A stretch of 64,000 nt of DNA from Streptosporangiaceae bacterium (GTDB lineage Bacteria; Actinomycetota; Actinomycetes; Streptosporangiales; Streptosporangiaceae). Shown piece after piece: positions 8,470 through 19,163 of the stretch (position 1 is its first letter; every line of letters begins with the position of its first letter). The DNA lies in assembly GCA_019246795.1 (NCBI GenBank), contig JAFAPY010000210.1:13127-77126 (forward strand). Direction: 5' to 3'. The position numbers were made by a program, and so were the translations under genes. The notes below the pieces were generated by a model. The model had not been told where the DNA came from, made no database searches, and saw only the letters and a list, made by a program, of their open reading frames with translations.

Positions 8470-11400
8470 TCGCTGGCGCCGGCCGCGATGCTCTTCTCCC
8501 GGTCGCCCGGCATGGCCCGGGCGGTCACCGCGATGATCGGCAGCGCCGCGAACGCGGGCATCTGCCGGATCTTGGTCATCGTCGCGTAGCCGTCCAGCTC
8601 CGGCATCATCACGTCCATCAGGATCAGGTCGGTGTCCTCGGCGGCAAGCAGCGCCTCGATGCCCTCGCGCCCGTTGGGCGCGTGGGTGACTGTCATACCC
8701 TGCAGCTCGAGCGTGCTGGTGATCGCGAACACGTTGCGCGGGTCGTCGTCGATTACCAGCACCCGCCTGCCGCGCAGCGCCTCGTGCCCGTCGGCCGCCG
8801 CGACGCGAAGGCCCGCGTCGGCATGCTCGCTGACCAGCGCGGGCACCTGCCCGGGCTGGGCCGCCGACAGGTGCAGGGTGATCCGCTCGCGCAGTTCGTC
8901 CAGCGAGGGCAGCAGCTCCAGCGGCCCGGAACCGAAACGCAGCCGGGCCAGCCGTCCCTGCGCGCTGTCCAGCTTGTCGCTGGCGTGGGCGAGCACCGGG
9001 ACGTCTCTCAGCTCGGGACAGCCCTCCAGCTGATCGAGGAAGGCCAACGCGGCCGCGCCCTGCTGGCCCAGGTCCACGACCACGCACTGGTGCGGCGCGG
9101 CGCGGAGCGCCTCGATGCCCTGCTGCGGGCTGACGGCCGTGCTGACCTGGACCGGGCCTCCCATGCCGCCCAGGTCAGAGACCGCGCTGTGCGTGAGCAG
9201 CGTGAGCAGCCCGCCGCGCGCGCCCTCGACCACGAGCACGCGCCGGCCTGGGATGGCACCCTCGCTGGCGCCGCCCGGCGTCGGCGGCTGCGTCGCCTGC
9301 GCCGCGCCGGCACTGCGTTGATCCGGTGGGGCGACCCTGCTGGCTCCCGGGAGGACTTCATCCCCCCGGAGCCCCCCGCTCACGAGGGGGCTGCCCGCCC
9401 CTCCGTTTCCCACTGGGGACAGCACGGCCGGAAGGTACAGCATGAAGGTGCTGCCCTTGCCCAGCTCGCTGCTCGCGGTGATCTCGCCGCCGAGCAGCGA
9501 GCCGACCTCGCGGGCGATGGACAGGCCCAGGCCGGTGCCGCCGTACCTGCGGCTGAGCGTGCCGTCGCCCTGCTGGAAGGCGCCGAAGATCGTGGTGAGG
9601 TTCTCCGGCGCGATGCCGATGCCGGTGTCGGTCACCGAGAACGCCACCATCGCGCCGCCGTCGCTGCCATGCCGGTCGGCGGGGCTGACCCGAAGCGCCA
9701 CGTGGCCGCGCCCGGTGAACTTGACCGCGTTCGACAGCAGGTTGCCGAGCACCTGGCGCAGCCGCTGCCGGTCGGTGACAAGTTCTGCCGGGGTCCCCGG
9801 CTCAGTTTCGACCGCGAACTGCAGGCCTTTTTCCGCGGTGAGCGGCTGGAAGGTGGCCTGGATGTCGTCCAGCAGGGCGCTGAGGCTGAACCGCTCCGCA
9901 TGGATGTCCAGTCGCCCTGCCTCGACCTTGGACAGGTCCAGGATGTCGTTGATGAGCTGGAGCAGGTCTGAGCCTGCCGAGTAGATGACGTTGGCGTACT
10001 CGACCTGCTTGGCGGTCAGGTTCCGGCCCGGATTCTGCGCCAGCAGCCGGGCCAGGATCAGCAGGCTGTTCAGCGGCGTGCGCAGTTCGTGGGACATGTT
10101 GGCCAGGAACTGCGACTTGTACTTCGACGCCAGCGCCAGCTGCCGGGCGCGCTCTTCGATCTCCTGCCTGGCCTGCTCGATCTCGGCGTTCTTCGTCTCG
10201 ATGTCCCGGTTCTGCGCGGCGAGCAGCGCTGCCTTGTCCCCGAGGTCGGCGTTGGACCACCGCAGCTCCTCCTGCTGCGCCTGCAACTCTTCGGAACGGG
10301 CCTGCAGCTCGGCGGCAAGCCGCTGCGACTCTCCGAGCAGCGCGTCGGTGCGCGCGTTGGCGATGATCGTGTTGAGGCTGACCCCGAGCGTCTCGGTCAG
10401 CTGCTCCAGGAAGTCGGTCTGCACCTGGGTGAAGGAGGTGAACGAGGCGAGCTCGATGACGCCGAGCACCTGGTCCTCGAACAGGATCGGCAAGATCGCC
10501 AGGTTGGCGGGAGTAGCCTCGCCGAGCCCGGAGGAGATCGTGATGTACCCCTCGGGGATGTCCGCCACGACGATGGACCGCTTGCTCCGGGCCACCTGCC
10601 CGATCAGGGACTGGCCGATCCGGTACTGGATCGGCGCGTCCTTGTCGGCGCGCAGCCCATAGCCGGCGATAAGGCGGAGGCTCCCCTCGCCGCCGGCCTG
10701 CTCGGCCAGGAAGAACGTGCCGTGCTGGGCCCCGACCAGCGGCGCGAGCTCCTCCATGATCAGCTCGGCGACGACGGCCAGGTCCCGGTGCCCCTGCATC
10801 ATGCCGGCGATCTGGGCCAGGTTGGTCTTCAGCCAGTCCTGCTGCTGGTTGGCCTGGATGTTCTCGCGCAGCGACGTGACCATCGCGTTGATGTTGTCCT
10901 TGAGCTCGGCGACCTCCCCCCGCGCCTCCACCGAGATGGAGCGGGTCAGGTCACCGGCGGCGACCGCGCTGGTCACCTCGGCGATCGCGCGCACCTGCCG
11001 GGTCAGGTTCCCGGCCAGCTCGTTCACGTTCTCGGTCAGCCGCTTCCAGGTGCCGGACACCCCTTCGACCTCGGCCTGGCCGCCCAGCCGCCCCTCGCTG
11101 CCGACCTCGCGGGCCACCCGGGTGACCTCCGCCGCGAACGCGGAGAGCTGGTCGACCATGGTGTTGATCGTCGTCTTCAGCTCCAGGATCTCGCCGCGCG
11201 CGTCCACGTCGATCTTCTTGGACAGGTCACCCTGCGCGACCGCGGTCGTGACCTGCGCGATGTTCCGCACCTGGCTGGTGAGGTTGTTCGCCATCGAGTT
11301 GACGTTGTCGGTGAGGTTCTTCCAGGTGCCCGCGACGCCCTTGACCTCGGCCTGGCCGCCCAGCCGTCCTTCGGTGCCGACCTCGCGGGCCACCCGGGTT

Positions 11401-12431
11401 ACCTCGTCGGCGAACGCGGACAGCGTGCCGACCATCCTGTTGATCGTCTGGGCCAGCGCGGCCACCTCGCCCTTGGCCTCGACGGTGATCTGCCGGGTCA
11501 GGTCGCCGCGCTCCACGGCGGTGGCCACCTGGGCGATGGACCGCACCTGGGCGGTCAGGTTGGACGCCATCACGTTGACGTTGTCGGTGAGATCCTTCCA
11601 GGTGCCGGACACCCCGCGGACCACGGCCTGGCCGCCGAGGTTGCCCTGGGTGCCGACCTCGCGGGCCACCCGGGTCACCTCGTCGGCGAACGCGGAGAGC
11701 TGGTCGACCATGGTGTTGATGGTCTCCTTCAGCTCCAGGATCTCGCCGCGGGCGTCGACCCGGATCTTCTGGCTCAGGTCACCCTTGGCCACCGCCGTGG
11801 TCACCTGCGCGATGGACCGTACCTGGGCGGTCAGGTTGGCCGCCATCACGTTGACGGACTCGGTGAGGTCCTTCCAGGTACCGGAGACGCCCTTGACGTC
11901 GGCCTGGCCGCCCAGCCGTCCTTCGGTGCCGACCTCGCGGGCCACCCGGGTCACCTCGTCGGCGAAGGAGGAAAGCTGGTCCACCATCGTGTTCAGGGTG
12001 GACTTCAGCTCCAGGATCTCGCCGCGCGCGTCCACGCCGATCTTCTGGCTCAGGTCGCCCCTGGCGACCGCGGTCGCCACCTGTGAGATGTTGCGGACCT
12101 GCGCGGTGAGGTTGCCTGCCATCGCGTTGACGGAGTCGGTGAGGTCCTTCCAGGTGCCGGACACCCCGGGGACGTAGGCCTGGCCGCCCAGTTTGCCCTC
12201 GGTGCCGACCTCGCGGGCCACCCGGGTCACCTCCGAGGTGAACAGGTCAAGCTGGTCCGCCATCCCGTTGAAGACCGTGGCGATCTCGTCCATCAGCGGG
12301 TCGCCGGTCTTGGCCAGGCGGGTGCTGAAGTCGCCGCCGCGGACCGCCGACAGCCCGGCGAGCAGCTGCTCCAGCCCTGACTCGTCAAGCCTCGGACCCG
12401 ACTGGACCGTATCAGTCACGAGCGCTCCCAT
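8400..12431 (-). CDS. Cytoplasmic poly-HAMP / GAF hybrid sensor histidine kinase with two C-terminal receiver domains
   Basis: No TM segment. About five 92-aa HAMP-pair repeats, then GAF. HisKA H-box ([15 protein letters not shown]), HATPase N/G boxes ([24 protein letters not shown]). A divergent REC, then a canonical REC ([13 protein letters not shown]...KP). Confidence 0.9.
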   Translation of the reverse strand: MGALVTDTVQSGPRLDESGLEQLLAGLSAVRGGDFSTRLAKTGDPLMDEIATVFNGMADQLDLFTSEVTRVAREVGTEGKLGGQAYVPGVSGTWKDLTDSVNAMAGNLTAQVRNISQVATAVARGDLSQKIGVDARGEILELKSTLNTMVDQLSSFADEVTRVAREVGTEGRLGGQADVKGVSGTWKDLTESVNVMAANLTAQVRSIAQVTTAVAKGDLSQKIRVDARGEILELKETINTMVDQLSAFADEVTRVAREVGTQGNLGGQAVVRGVSGTWKDLTDNVNVMASNLTAQVRSIAQVATAVERGDLTRQITVEAKGEVAALAQTINRMVGTLSAFADEVTRVAREVGTEGRLGGQAEVKGVAGTWKNLTDNVNSMANNLTSQVRNIAQVTTAVAQGDLSKKIDVDARGEILELKTTINTMVDQLSAFAAEVTRVAREVGSEGRLGGQAEVEGVSGTWKRLTENVNELAGNLTRQVRAIAEVTSAVAAGDLTRSISVEARGEVAELKDNINAMVTSLRENIQANQQQDWLKTNLAQIAGMMQGHRDLAVVAELIMEELAPLVGAQHGTFFLAEQAGGEGSLRLIAGYGLRADKDAPIQYRIGQSLIGQVARSKRSIVVADIPEGYITISSGLGEATPANLAILPILFEDQVLGVIELASFTSFTQVQTDFLEQLTETLGVSLNTIIANARTDALLGESQRLAAELQARSEELQAQQEELRWSNADLGDKAALLAAQNRDIETKNAEIEQARQEIEERARQLALASKYKSQFLANMSHELRTPLNSLLILARLLAQNPGRNLTAKQVEYANVIYSAGSDLLQLINDILDLSKVEAGRLDIHAERFSLSALLDDIQATFQPLTAEKGLQFAVETEPGTPAELVTDRQRLRQVLGNLLSNAVKFTGRGHVALRVSPADRHGSDGGAMVAFSVTDTGIGIAPENLTTIFGAFQQGDGTLSRRYGGTGLGLSIAREVGSLLGGEITASSELGKGSTFMLYLPAVLSPVGNGGAGSPLVSGGLRGDEVLPGASRVAPPDQRSAGAAQATQPPTPGGASEGAIPGRRVLVVEGARGGLLTLLTHSAVSDLGGMGGPVQVSTAVSPQQGIEALRAAPHQCVVVDLGQQGAAALAFLDQLEGCPELRDVPVLAHASDKLDSAQGRLARLRFGSGPLELLPSLDELRERITLHLSAAQPGQVPALVSEHADAGLRVAAADGHEALRGRRVLVIDDDPRNVFAITSTLELQGMTVTHAPNGREGIEALLAAEDTDLILMDVMMPELDGYATMTKIRQMPAFAALPIIAVTARAMPGDREKSIAAGASDYVTKPVDTEELLACMERWLAGR
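10840..12250 (-). repeat. Tandem ~276-bp (92-aa) intragenic repeats encoding the HAMP array
   Basis: Unit [13 protein letters not shown](K/R)LGGQA.V.GV.GTWKDLT..VN.MA.NLT.QVR.IA.V..AVA.GDL..KI.V.A.GE...LK.T.N.MVDQLS.FA recurs five times plus a partial copy. Coordinates are approximate. Confidence 0.8.
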
Positions 12432-12445
12432 CTGTGTCTTCTACA

Positions 12446-12477
12446 CCGATGGTAGAACGGAAAGTAACTACCATTGG
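12446..12477. promoter_or_regulatory. Inverted repeat CCGATGGTAG-N12-CTACCATTGG between the divergent kinase and ANTAR-PP2C genes
   Basis: 10-bp arms with 1 mismatch in a 55-bp divergent intergenic region. Confidence 0.4.
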
Positions 12478-12486
12478 GCGGAACGG

Positions 12487-15006
12487 ATGCCGGTGACACC
12501 GCTCCGGACACCTTTTCCGGGCACGGGTCTCACGGGTCGAAGGCGGGTGATGATGGCGGCCGGCGACGACCAGGTGCGACGGCTGGCTGCGGTCATCGAC
12601 CGCCAGCGCCGCGAGCTCGACCGCCTGCGCGCCGAGGGCGGCCCCGACTCGGTCATCGCGATGGCCAGGGGAGCGCTGATGGAGCGGCTGGGCCTGTCCG
12701 CCGCAGAGGCAGCCCGCCAGCTCGCCGAGCTGTCCGAGGCGACCGGGACCCCGCTGGCCGAGATGGCGGCCACCGTGCTCGGCTCTGCGGAACCAGGCGG
12801 GAACGGGGAGCCAGGGGGGTCCGGGGGGATGGGTCCCCCCCAAGGGGGGTCCGGGGGGACGGGCAGTCCCCCCGGGAGCAGGGGGGGCCCAGGGGGGTTC
12901 GGGGGGACGGGCAGTCCCCCCCAAGGGGGGTCCGGGGGGATGGGTCCCCCCGGGAGCAGGGGAGGTCTGGGGGGGATCGTCACCCCGGGAAAACAGAGCG
13001 TGCTCGCCGAAGCCGCCGCGGAGACCGCGGCCGACGGCACGGAACTCGTCGGCATGCTGGCCGAACACGTGCTGCCCGGGGCGGGGGCCGACGCCGCGCT
13101 GTTGTGGCTGCTCCAGGCGGACGGGGCGCTGGAGCTGCTCGGCCAGGCGGGCCTGCCCAGCGGCGAGGTCAGCCGGTGGCGGCACGTGCCGCCGCAGCTC
13201 GACTGCCCGGCTCAGCGCGTCGCTCACGATGCCGCGGACCTGTGGTGGCATTCCGGCCGCCCGCGGCGCGACAGCGTACCGGTCGTCGGCCGCCCGGATG
13301 CCGCCAAGGCGGTCCTGGCACTGCGGGAGCCGACGGGCCAGCTGGTCGGCGTGCTCGAAGTGGCCTGGTCCGGGCCGCTGCCCGCGTTCGGCACCGAGGT
13401 CCGCCAGCGGCTGTCCGCGCTGGCGGACGGCTATGCGCGGGTCCTGGCCGCCCGGCTGGCACACGGCGACCTGGCGGCCGCGCAGCCCAAGGCGCCCCTG
13501 TTCACGCTGCTGGACAGCCTGGCCGATTCGGTGCTGGCCGCCGGGGCTATCAGGGACGATGCCGGGCAGGTGACCGACTTCCGCATCGAGCATGTCAGCC
13601 CGGGCTGTTACGACCCGGGGGGCCGCACGGAGACCGAGCTGGGCAGGCTCACGCTGCTGGAGGCGTATCCGCAGAGCGTGTCGGGGCAGGGCCTGTTCGC
13701 CCGGGCCGTGCAGGTGCTGGCCGACGGCGTGCCGCAGCATGTCCCCGGCGCGCTGGCCGGGCACGGGGGAAGCGGATCCACCCCGCTCGCCGACCTCCGC
13801 ATCGCCAGGTTCTTCGACGGGGTCATCGCCACCTGGCGCCGGGAACAGCCGGTCGGCCGGCTCGCCGTGCTCCATGACCACGCGCAGCGACTGGGGCGCC
13901 TGGGCGGCTGGGAGGAGAACCTGGTCACCGGCACCGTGAACTGGACCGAGTCGACGTTCGGCCTGTTCGGCCTGGCGCCGCGCCCCGGCGCGGAAATCCC
14001 GCTGGCGGAGCTGCACAGCTACGTGATAGCCGCCGACAAGCCCGCGATGCAGCGCTTCCGCCATGACCTGCTGGAGCAGCGCGAGACGCTGACCGCGACC
14101 TTCCGGGTGGTGCACCCCGAGGACCGCAGCATCCGGCAGATCCGGGTCTTCGCTGAGCCGGTCACCGACGGCTCAGGCACGCTGGTGGCGCTGCGCGGGG
14201 CGTTCCAGGATGTCTCGGCGCACTACCAGACCCAGGTCGCGCTGGCCGCAACCCGGGACCAGCTCGCGGACACCGAGCAGCGGGCCGCGGAGGAGCACTT
14301 GCTGGCGACGCGGCTGCAGCGGGCGATCATGCCGCCGGACGAGCCCCCGGCGGCGGCAGCCGGGATCGACGTCGCCGTCCGTTACCGGCCGGTCGGCGAG
14401 GGCCACCTGGTCGGCGGCGACTGGTACGACACGCTGCTGCTGCCGGGCAAGGGCGTGCTGCTCGCCGTCGGCGACGTGGCCGGCCACGGCATCGACGCGG
14501 TCACCGGCATGGTCGCGTCCCGCAACTCGCTGCGCGGCCTGGCCATCACCGGGACGGGCCCGGCCGAGCTGATCCGCATGCTCAACGGGATGACCTGCCA
14601 TCTCATCTCCGGAGTGGTCGGCACCGCGCTGTGCGGCATCTACGACCCGGCCGCCCGGGTGCTGCGCTGGGCCCGCGCCGGGCACCTGCCGCCGGTCCTG
14701 GTCCGGGCCGGGGCGGCCGCTGAGCTCCCGATGCCGGGCGGCGTGCTGCTCGGCATGGACCCGGACGCCGGCTACGAGGAGGCCGTGTGCTCGCTGCTGC
14801 CCGGCGACACGCTGCTGCTGTTCACCGACGGGCTCATCGAGCGGCGAGGGGAGCCAATCGACGACGTGCTCGGACAGTTCGCCGCGACGGTGGCCGCCGA
14901 CTCGGGCGGCGGGCTGACCGCCGCCGCCACGGCCGACCAAGTGCTGGCGCGTGCCGCCTCAGACACCGATGACGACGCCTGCCTGGTCGTGGTGCGCATC
15001 CTTTGA
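12487..15006 (+). CDS. ANTAR-domain / sensory (GAF/PAS-like) / PP2C (SpoIIE) phosphatase
   Basis: N-terminal coiled coil plus ANTAR motif (IAMARGALMERLGLSAAEAARQLAELSEATGTPLAEMA). Gly/Pro linker, then a PAS-like part (TVNWTESTFGLFGL...FRVVHPEDR). SpoIIE motifs (GGDWYD, VGDVAGHG, LFTDGLIERR, DDACLVV). ATG 12487 chosen because upstream codons overlap the kinase gene. Confidence 0.8.
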   Translation: MPVTPLRTPFPGTGLTGRRRVMMAAGDDQVRRLAAVIDRQRRELDRLRAEGGPDSVIAMARGALMERLGLSAAEAARQLAELSEATGTPLAEMAATVLGSAEPGGNGEPGGSGGMGPPQGGSGGTGSPPGSRGGPGGFGGTGSPPQGGSGGMGPPGSRGGLGGIVTPGKQSVLAEAAAETAADGTELVGMLAEHVLPGAGADAALLWLLQADGALELLGQAGLPSGEVSRWRHVPPQLDCPAQRVAHDAADLWWHSGRPRRDSVPVVGRPDAAKAVLALREPTGQLVGVLEVAWSGPLPAFGTEVRQRLSALADGYARVLAARLAHGDLAAAQPKAPLFTLLDSLADSVLAAGAIRDDAGQVTDFRIEHVSPGCYDPGGRTETELGRLTLLEAYPQSVSGQGLFARAVQVLADGVPQHVPGALAGHGGSGSTPLADLRIARFFDGVIATWRREQPVGRLAVLHDHAQRLGRLGGWEENLVTGTVNWTESTFGLFGLAPRPGAEIPLAELHSYVIAADKPAMQRFRHDLLEQRETLTATFRVVHPEDRSIRQIRVFAEPVTDGSGTLVALRGAFQDVSAHYQTQVALAATRDQLADTEQRAAEEHLLATRLQRAIMPPDEPPAAAAGIDVAVRYRPVGEGHLVGGDWYDTLLLPGKGVLLAVGDVAGHGIDAVTGMVASRNSLRGLAITGTGPAELIRMLNGMTCHLISGVVGTALCGIYDPAARVLRWARAGHLPPVLVRAGAAAELPMPGGVLLGMDPDAGYEEAVCSLLPGDTLLLFTDGLIERRGEPIDDVLGQFAATVAADSGGGLTAAATADQVLARAASDTDDDACLVVVRIL
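12805..12985 (+). repeat. G6-7/C6-8 homopolymer-rich duplicated ~60-bp segment encoding a Gly/Pro/Ser linker
   Basis: ggggggtccggggggatgggtccccccc / aaggggggtccggggggacgggcagtcccccc motifs occur twice. Encodes GGSGGMGPPQGGSGGTGSPPGSRGG... Confidence 0.8.
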
Positions 15007-15044
15007 CCGGGAACCGGTGCTTCGTACGGCAGCAAAACGGCCCT

Positions 15045-16418
15045 TCACCCGGCGCGGGCGGCGGCGGAGGCTATGCCGGACGTGGAGCGGCCGCTCAGGT
15101 ACGGCACGGTGACCACCCGGCCGCCCCATTCCCGCAGCGCGGCCGCTTCCGGCAGGTCGCTGCCGTCGTAGTCGCCGCCCTTGACCCAGATGGCGGGCCG
15201 TAGCTGGCGCAGCAGCCGTTCCGGTGTGTCCTCCTCGAAGATGGCGACCTGGTCCACGCAATCCAGCGCGGCCAGCACCGCAGCCCGGTCGGCGGCAGGG
15301 ACGAGCGGCCGTCCGGGTCCCTTCAGCCGCCGCACCGAGTCGTCGGAGTTCATGCAGACCACAAGGCGGTCGCCCAGCGACCTGGCCGCACGCAGCATGC
15401 TCACGTGGCCGGCGTGCAGCACGTCGAAGCACCCGCCCGCCGCGACGAGCACGCCGCCCGCCGCCCGGATCGCCTCGGCCGCCTCCGCGGGGGAGGGCTC
15501 ACCGGACCAGCGTGCGCCCGGCGCCGGGCCCCCGGGCAGGCCGTGTACGCCTCCGCCCGCGAGATAGCCGGTGGCCGCGGCCACCGCTGCCGTGACCGCC
15601 TCGGACATGGTGGCGCCGTCCCGCAGCGCAGCCGCCGCAGCGGCCGCGAACTGGTCGCCCGCGCCGCATGGATCGCTGACCTGGATTGCTGCCGCCGGGA
15701 TCGCCAGCGGTGCCTGCCCGGCGCTGGCGAGCAGCGCGCCCCGGCCGCCAAGCGTCACCGCCAGCGACCGGACCGGCCAGCTGCCCAGCAGCCGCTCGGC
15801 GGCCGCCGCCGCCGGCAGCACCGCGCCCCTGGGATCGGGCAGCCCGCAGGCGCGCGCCGCTTCGGCGCCGTTCGGGGTGGCAAGCCAGGTCCCGGCTACC
15901 GGTGCCGTCCCCCGGGGATGCGGGTCCCAGACCAGGGGGACACGGCCCGCGCGGGCGGCCACCGCCTCCCGCAGCCGCGGATCGGCGCTGGTGCCGTGAC
16001 CGTAGTCGCTGACCAGGACCGCCCCGGCATCCATGATGGCCTCAGCCGCGCGGCGGCCGGCCCGGCCCGGCGTGCCTGCGGGCCTGTCCACCCGCAGCAG
16101 GGTCTGGCCCGCCGCGCGGATGCGCGTCTTTTCCTGCATCCCGCCGTCGAGCGGCAGCGGGATGACCGTCACCGTGCCCGGCAGCAGGTCCCGTGCCGCG
16201 GCGCTGGCCGGGTCACCGCCGAACGGCGCGATCAGCACGATCTCGCCGGCATCGCGCGCGGCCAGCAGCGCCGCGAGCGCGGCGCCGCCCGGGCGCAGCC
16301 GCTCGGCCGCGTCCTCGACCACCGGCACCGGGGCGTCGGGGCACAGCCGCCCGGCGTGCCCGGTGACGTCCCTGTCCAGCAGGGCGTCCCCGACGATCAC
16401 CAGCGGCCCGCTGCTCAT
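15045..16418 (-). CDS. hldE: Bifunctional D-beta-D-heptose 7-phosphate kinase / D-beta-D-heptose 1-phosphate adenylyltransferase
   Basis: N-terminal PfkB kinase domain (VVGDALLDRD..., DPCGAGDQF). C-terminal cytidylyltransferase domain (GGCFDVLHAGHVSML...NSDDSVRRLKG). ATG 16418 forms an ATGA overlap with the upstream stop. The 857-aa listed ORF is a composite. Confidence 0.9.
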   Translation of the reverse strand: MSSGPLVIVGDALLDRDVTGHAGRLCPDAPVPVVEDAAERLRPGGAALAALLAARDAGEIVLIAPFGGDPASAAARDLLPGTVTVIPLPLDGGMQEKTRIRAAGQTLLRVDRPAGTPGRAGRRAAEAIMDAGAVLVSDYGHGTSADPRLREAVAARAGRVPLVWDPHPRGTAPVAGTWLATPNGAEAARACGLPDPRGAVLPAAAAAERLLGSWPVRSLAVTLGGRGALLASAGQAPLAIPAAAIQVSDPCGAGDQFAAAAAAALRDGATMSEAVTAAVAAATGYLAGGGVHGLPGGPAPGARWSGEPSPAEAAEAIRAAGGVLVAAGGCFDVLHAGHVSMLRAARSLGDRLVVCMNSDDSVRRLKGPGRPLVPAADRAAVLAALDCVDQVAIFEEDTPERLLRQLRPAIWVKGGDYDGSDLPEAAALREWGGRVVTVPYLSGRSTSGIASAAARAG

Positions 16419-18070
16419 CGCTCCTCCCGCCGGTCCGGCCAGCTCGGAATGGCCCGGCCGCCCAGGATGGCGGACACCGCCTCGGCCAGGCTGGGCGCGC
16501 ACGGCGCCCCTGCCTTCTCCTCCGGCTTCGTCGCCGCCGTGGGGACCAGCACCGCCCTGGCCCCGGCGGCGCGGGCCGCAGCCACGTCGGCGCCGATGTC
16601 GCCGATGACCACGCATTCGGCCGCGGTCACGCCCAGCGCCGCCGCCGCCGCGGTGATCAGCCCGGGCGCCGGCTTCCTGCAGCCGCAGCGATCCTCGGGA
16701 CGGTGCGGGCACACCAGCCACACGGCGAACGGGCCGCACGCCGCGTCCACCTCGGCGTTGACCGCCGCGACCTGTGCCGGGGTGATCAGGCCGTGGCCGA
16801 CACCGGACTGGTTGGTCACCACGCCGACGCCGATCCCGGCCTGCCGCACGGCCGCGACCGCGTCCGCGGCGCCCGGCACGGGTTGCACCAGCGCCGGGTC
16901 GCCGTTGTACGGGACGTCGTGGACCAGGGTCCCGTCGCGGTCGAACAAGACCGCAGCCGGACGCGGCGGCCACGGCCGGGCATGCCGGAACCGCCGCAGC
17001 CCGGCCAGCCAGTGCCAGGTCGCCAGCGGCGGTATCACCACGCTGGTGACGATCATCGCGCCGGCTTCCGGCCAGGTCCGGGGCCCGGCAAGCACCCGCC
17101 GCGTGGCGAACTCGCCGGTGATCGCGGCCCAGCCCGCTGCCGCGGCGGCCGCGGCGGTGCTGGTCTGGGTCATCGGGCGGCCCCTGCGCCCCCGGGGGGT
17201 CGACCTCCCCAGGCCCCCTCGCAGGGTGCTGGCCCGGGGGGACGATCCCCTCCGGCCCTCCCGGCGGGGACGGCTGGCCGCCGCACACGCTATCGCGGCG
17301 GCAGCCAGCGCGCAGGCGGCCAGGTGAGCCGGGCGCCGACCCGGGCTGGCGCCCGCGCGCTCCCGCCAGCGCCGCCCGTGCAGCCGGAACATCGCCGCGT
17401 CGTCGGCGTTCCCCGCCTGCGCCGGGATGCTCGCCCACAGGCTCGGCGGGCGCACCGGGTGGCTGGTGCGCCGCGCGCCGCGGCGCAGCGACCAGCCCAG
17501 GCGCTGCAGCCGCAGCGCCAGGTCGCTGTCCTCGCGGTAGGCGCGGGGAAAGCGCTCGTCGAAGCCGCCGGCATCGGCGAGCGCCGCGCGCCGGTACGCC
17601 ATGTCGGCGGTGATCCACGATGCGCCGGCCAGCCCGAGGGTGGCCCGCTGCGAGTCCGCGGGCCTGCGGCCTTCCGGCCAGGGCACCTCGATGACCCCCT
17701 GCACTGCGGCCACGTCTGCGGGCACGTCCCGCAGGTCGTCGGCCAGCTCGTCCGCCCAGGCGGCCCCGACCTGCACGTCATCGTCGAGGAACACCACCCA
17801 CTCGGCGGGCGGCGCGGCGCGCCAGCCGGCGTTGCGGGCGGCGGCCGGCCCGCGGCCCTCCAGCGTGACGATCGTGGTGCGGCCGGCCAGCGGCTCGGGC
17901 AGCCGGGCCGGCAGCGGGTCGGCGGTGTCCTTCCTGTCGTCCGCGAGGACCAGCCCGGCAAGCGTGTCCACCTCGGCGGCGCCGACCGCGGCGCCGAGCG
18001 CGTCCAGGCACGCCTGCAGGCAGGGCCGGCCGATGGTGGGGATCACGCATACGTAACGTGGCGCGGTCAT
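16415..18070 (-). CDS. Fusion ORF: GT2 glycosyltransferase, hydrophobic linker, HAD-IIIA heptose 1,7-bisphosphate phosphatase (GmhB-like)
   Basis: N-terminal GT2 (VCVIPTIGRP...VFLDDDV). C-terminal HAD-IIIA motifs (VLFDRDGTLV, VVTNQSGV, CGCRKPAPG, IGD). No stop between the two halves across 551 codons. Confidence 0.75.
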   Translation of the reverse strand: MTAPRYVCVIPTIGRPCLQACLDALGAAVGAAEVDTLAGLVLADDRKDTADPLPARLPEPLAGRTTIVTLEGRGPAAARNAGWRAAPPAEWVVFLDDDVQVGAAWADELADDLRDVPADVAAVQGVIEVPWPEGRRPADSQRATLGLAGASWITADMAYRRAALADAGGFDERFPRAYREDSDLALRLQRLGWSLRRGARRTSHPVRPPSLWASIPAQAGNADDAAMFRLHGRRWRERAGASPGRRPAHLAACALAAAAIACAAASRPRREGRRGSSPRASTLRGGLGRSTPRGRRGRPMTQTSTAAAAAAAGWAAITGEFATRRVLAGPRTWPEAGAMIVTSVVIPPLATWHWLAGLRRFRHARPWPPRPAAVLFDRDGTLVHDVPYNGDPALVQPVPGAADAVAAVRQAGIGVGVVTNQSGVGHGLITPAQVAAVNAEVDAACGPFAVWLVCPHRPEDRCGCRKPAPGLITAAAAALGVTAAECVVIGDIGADVAAARAAGARAVLVPTAATKPEEKAGAPCAPSLAEAVSAILGGRAIPSWPDRREER

Positions 18071-18081
18071 CGGGCCCGCTG

Positions 18082-18106
18082 CTACCCGGGGCGCGCACGT
18101 GCAAAC
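18082..18106 (-). promoter_or_regulatory. SigB/SigF-type promoter GTTT-N15-GGGTAG, 11 nt upstream of the ATG at 18070 (leaderless-type)
   Basis: Minus strand reads GTTTGCACGTGCGCGCCCCGGGTAGCAGCGGGCCCGATG. Same architecture as the promoters at 33325-33349 and 33515-33538. Confidence 0.6.
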
Positions 18107-18155
18107 AGCCGTTCTTACGTTTGAACTCGTCCTTTCTCAGCAAGTAACACAGGTG

Positions 18156-19159
<1,004 letters not shown>

Positions 19160-19163
<4 letters not shown>

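Noticed and set aside
15405-17327. 640-aa plus-strand ORF opposite hldE and the GT2-GmhB gene
   Set aside because: It is antisense to two genes with strong motif support, and has no motifs of its own.
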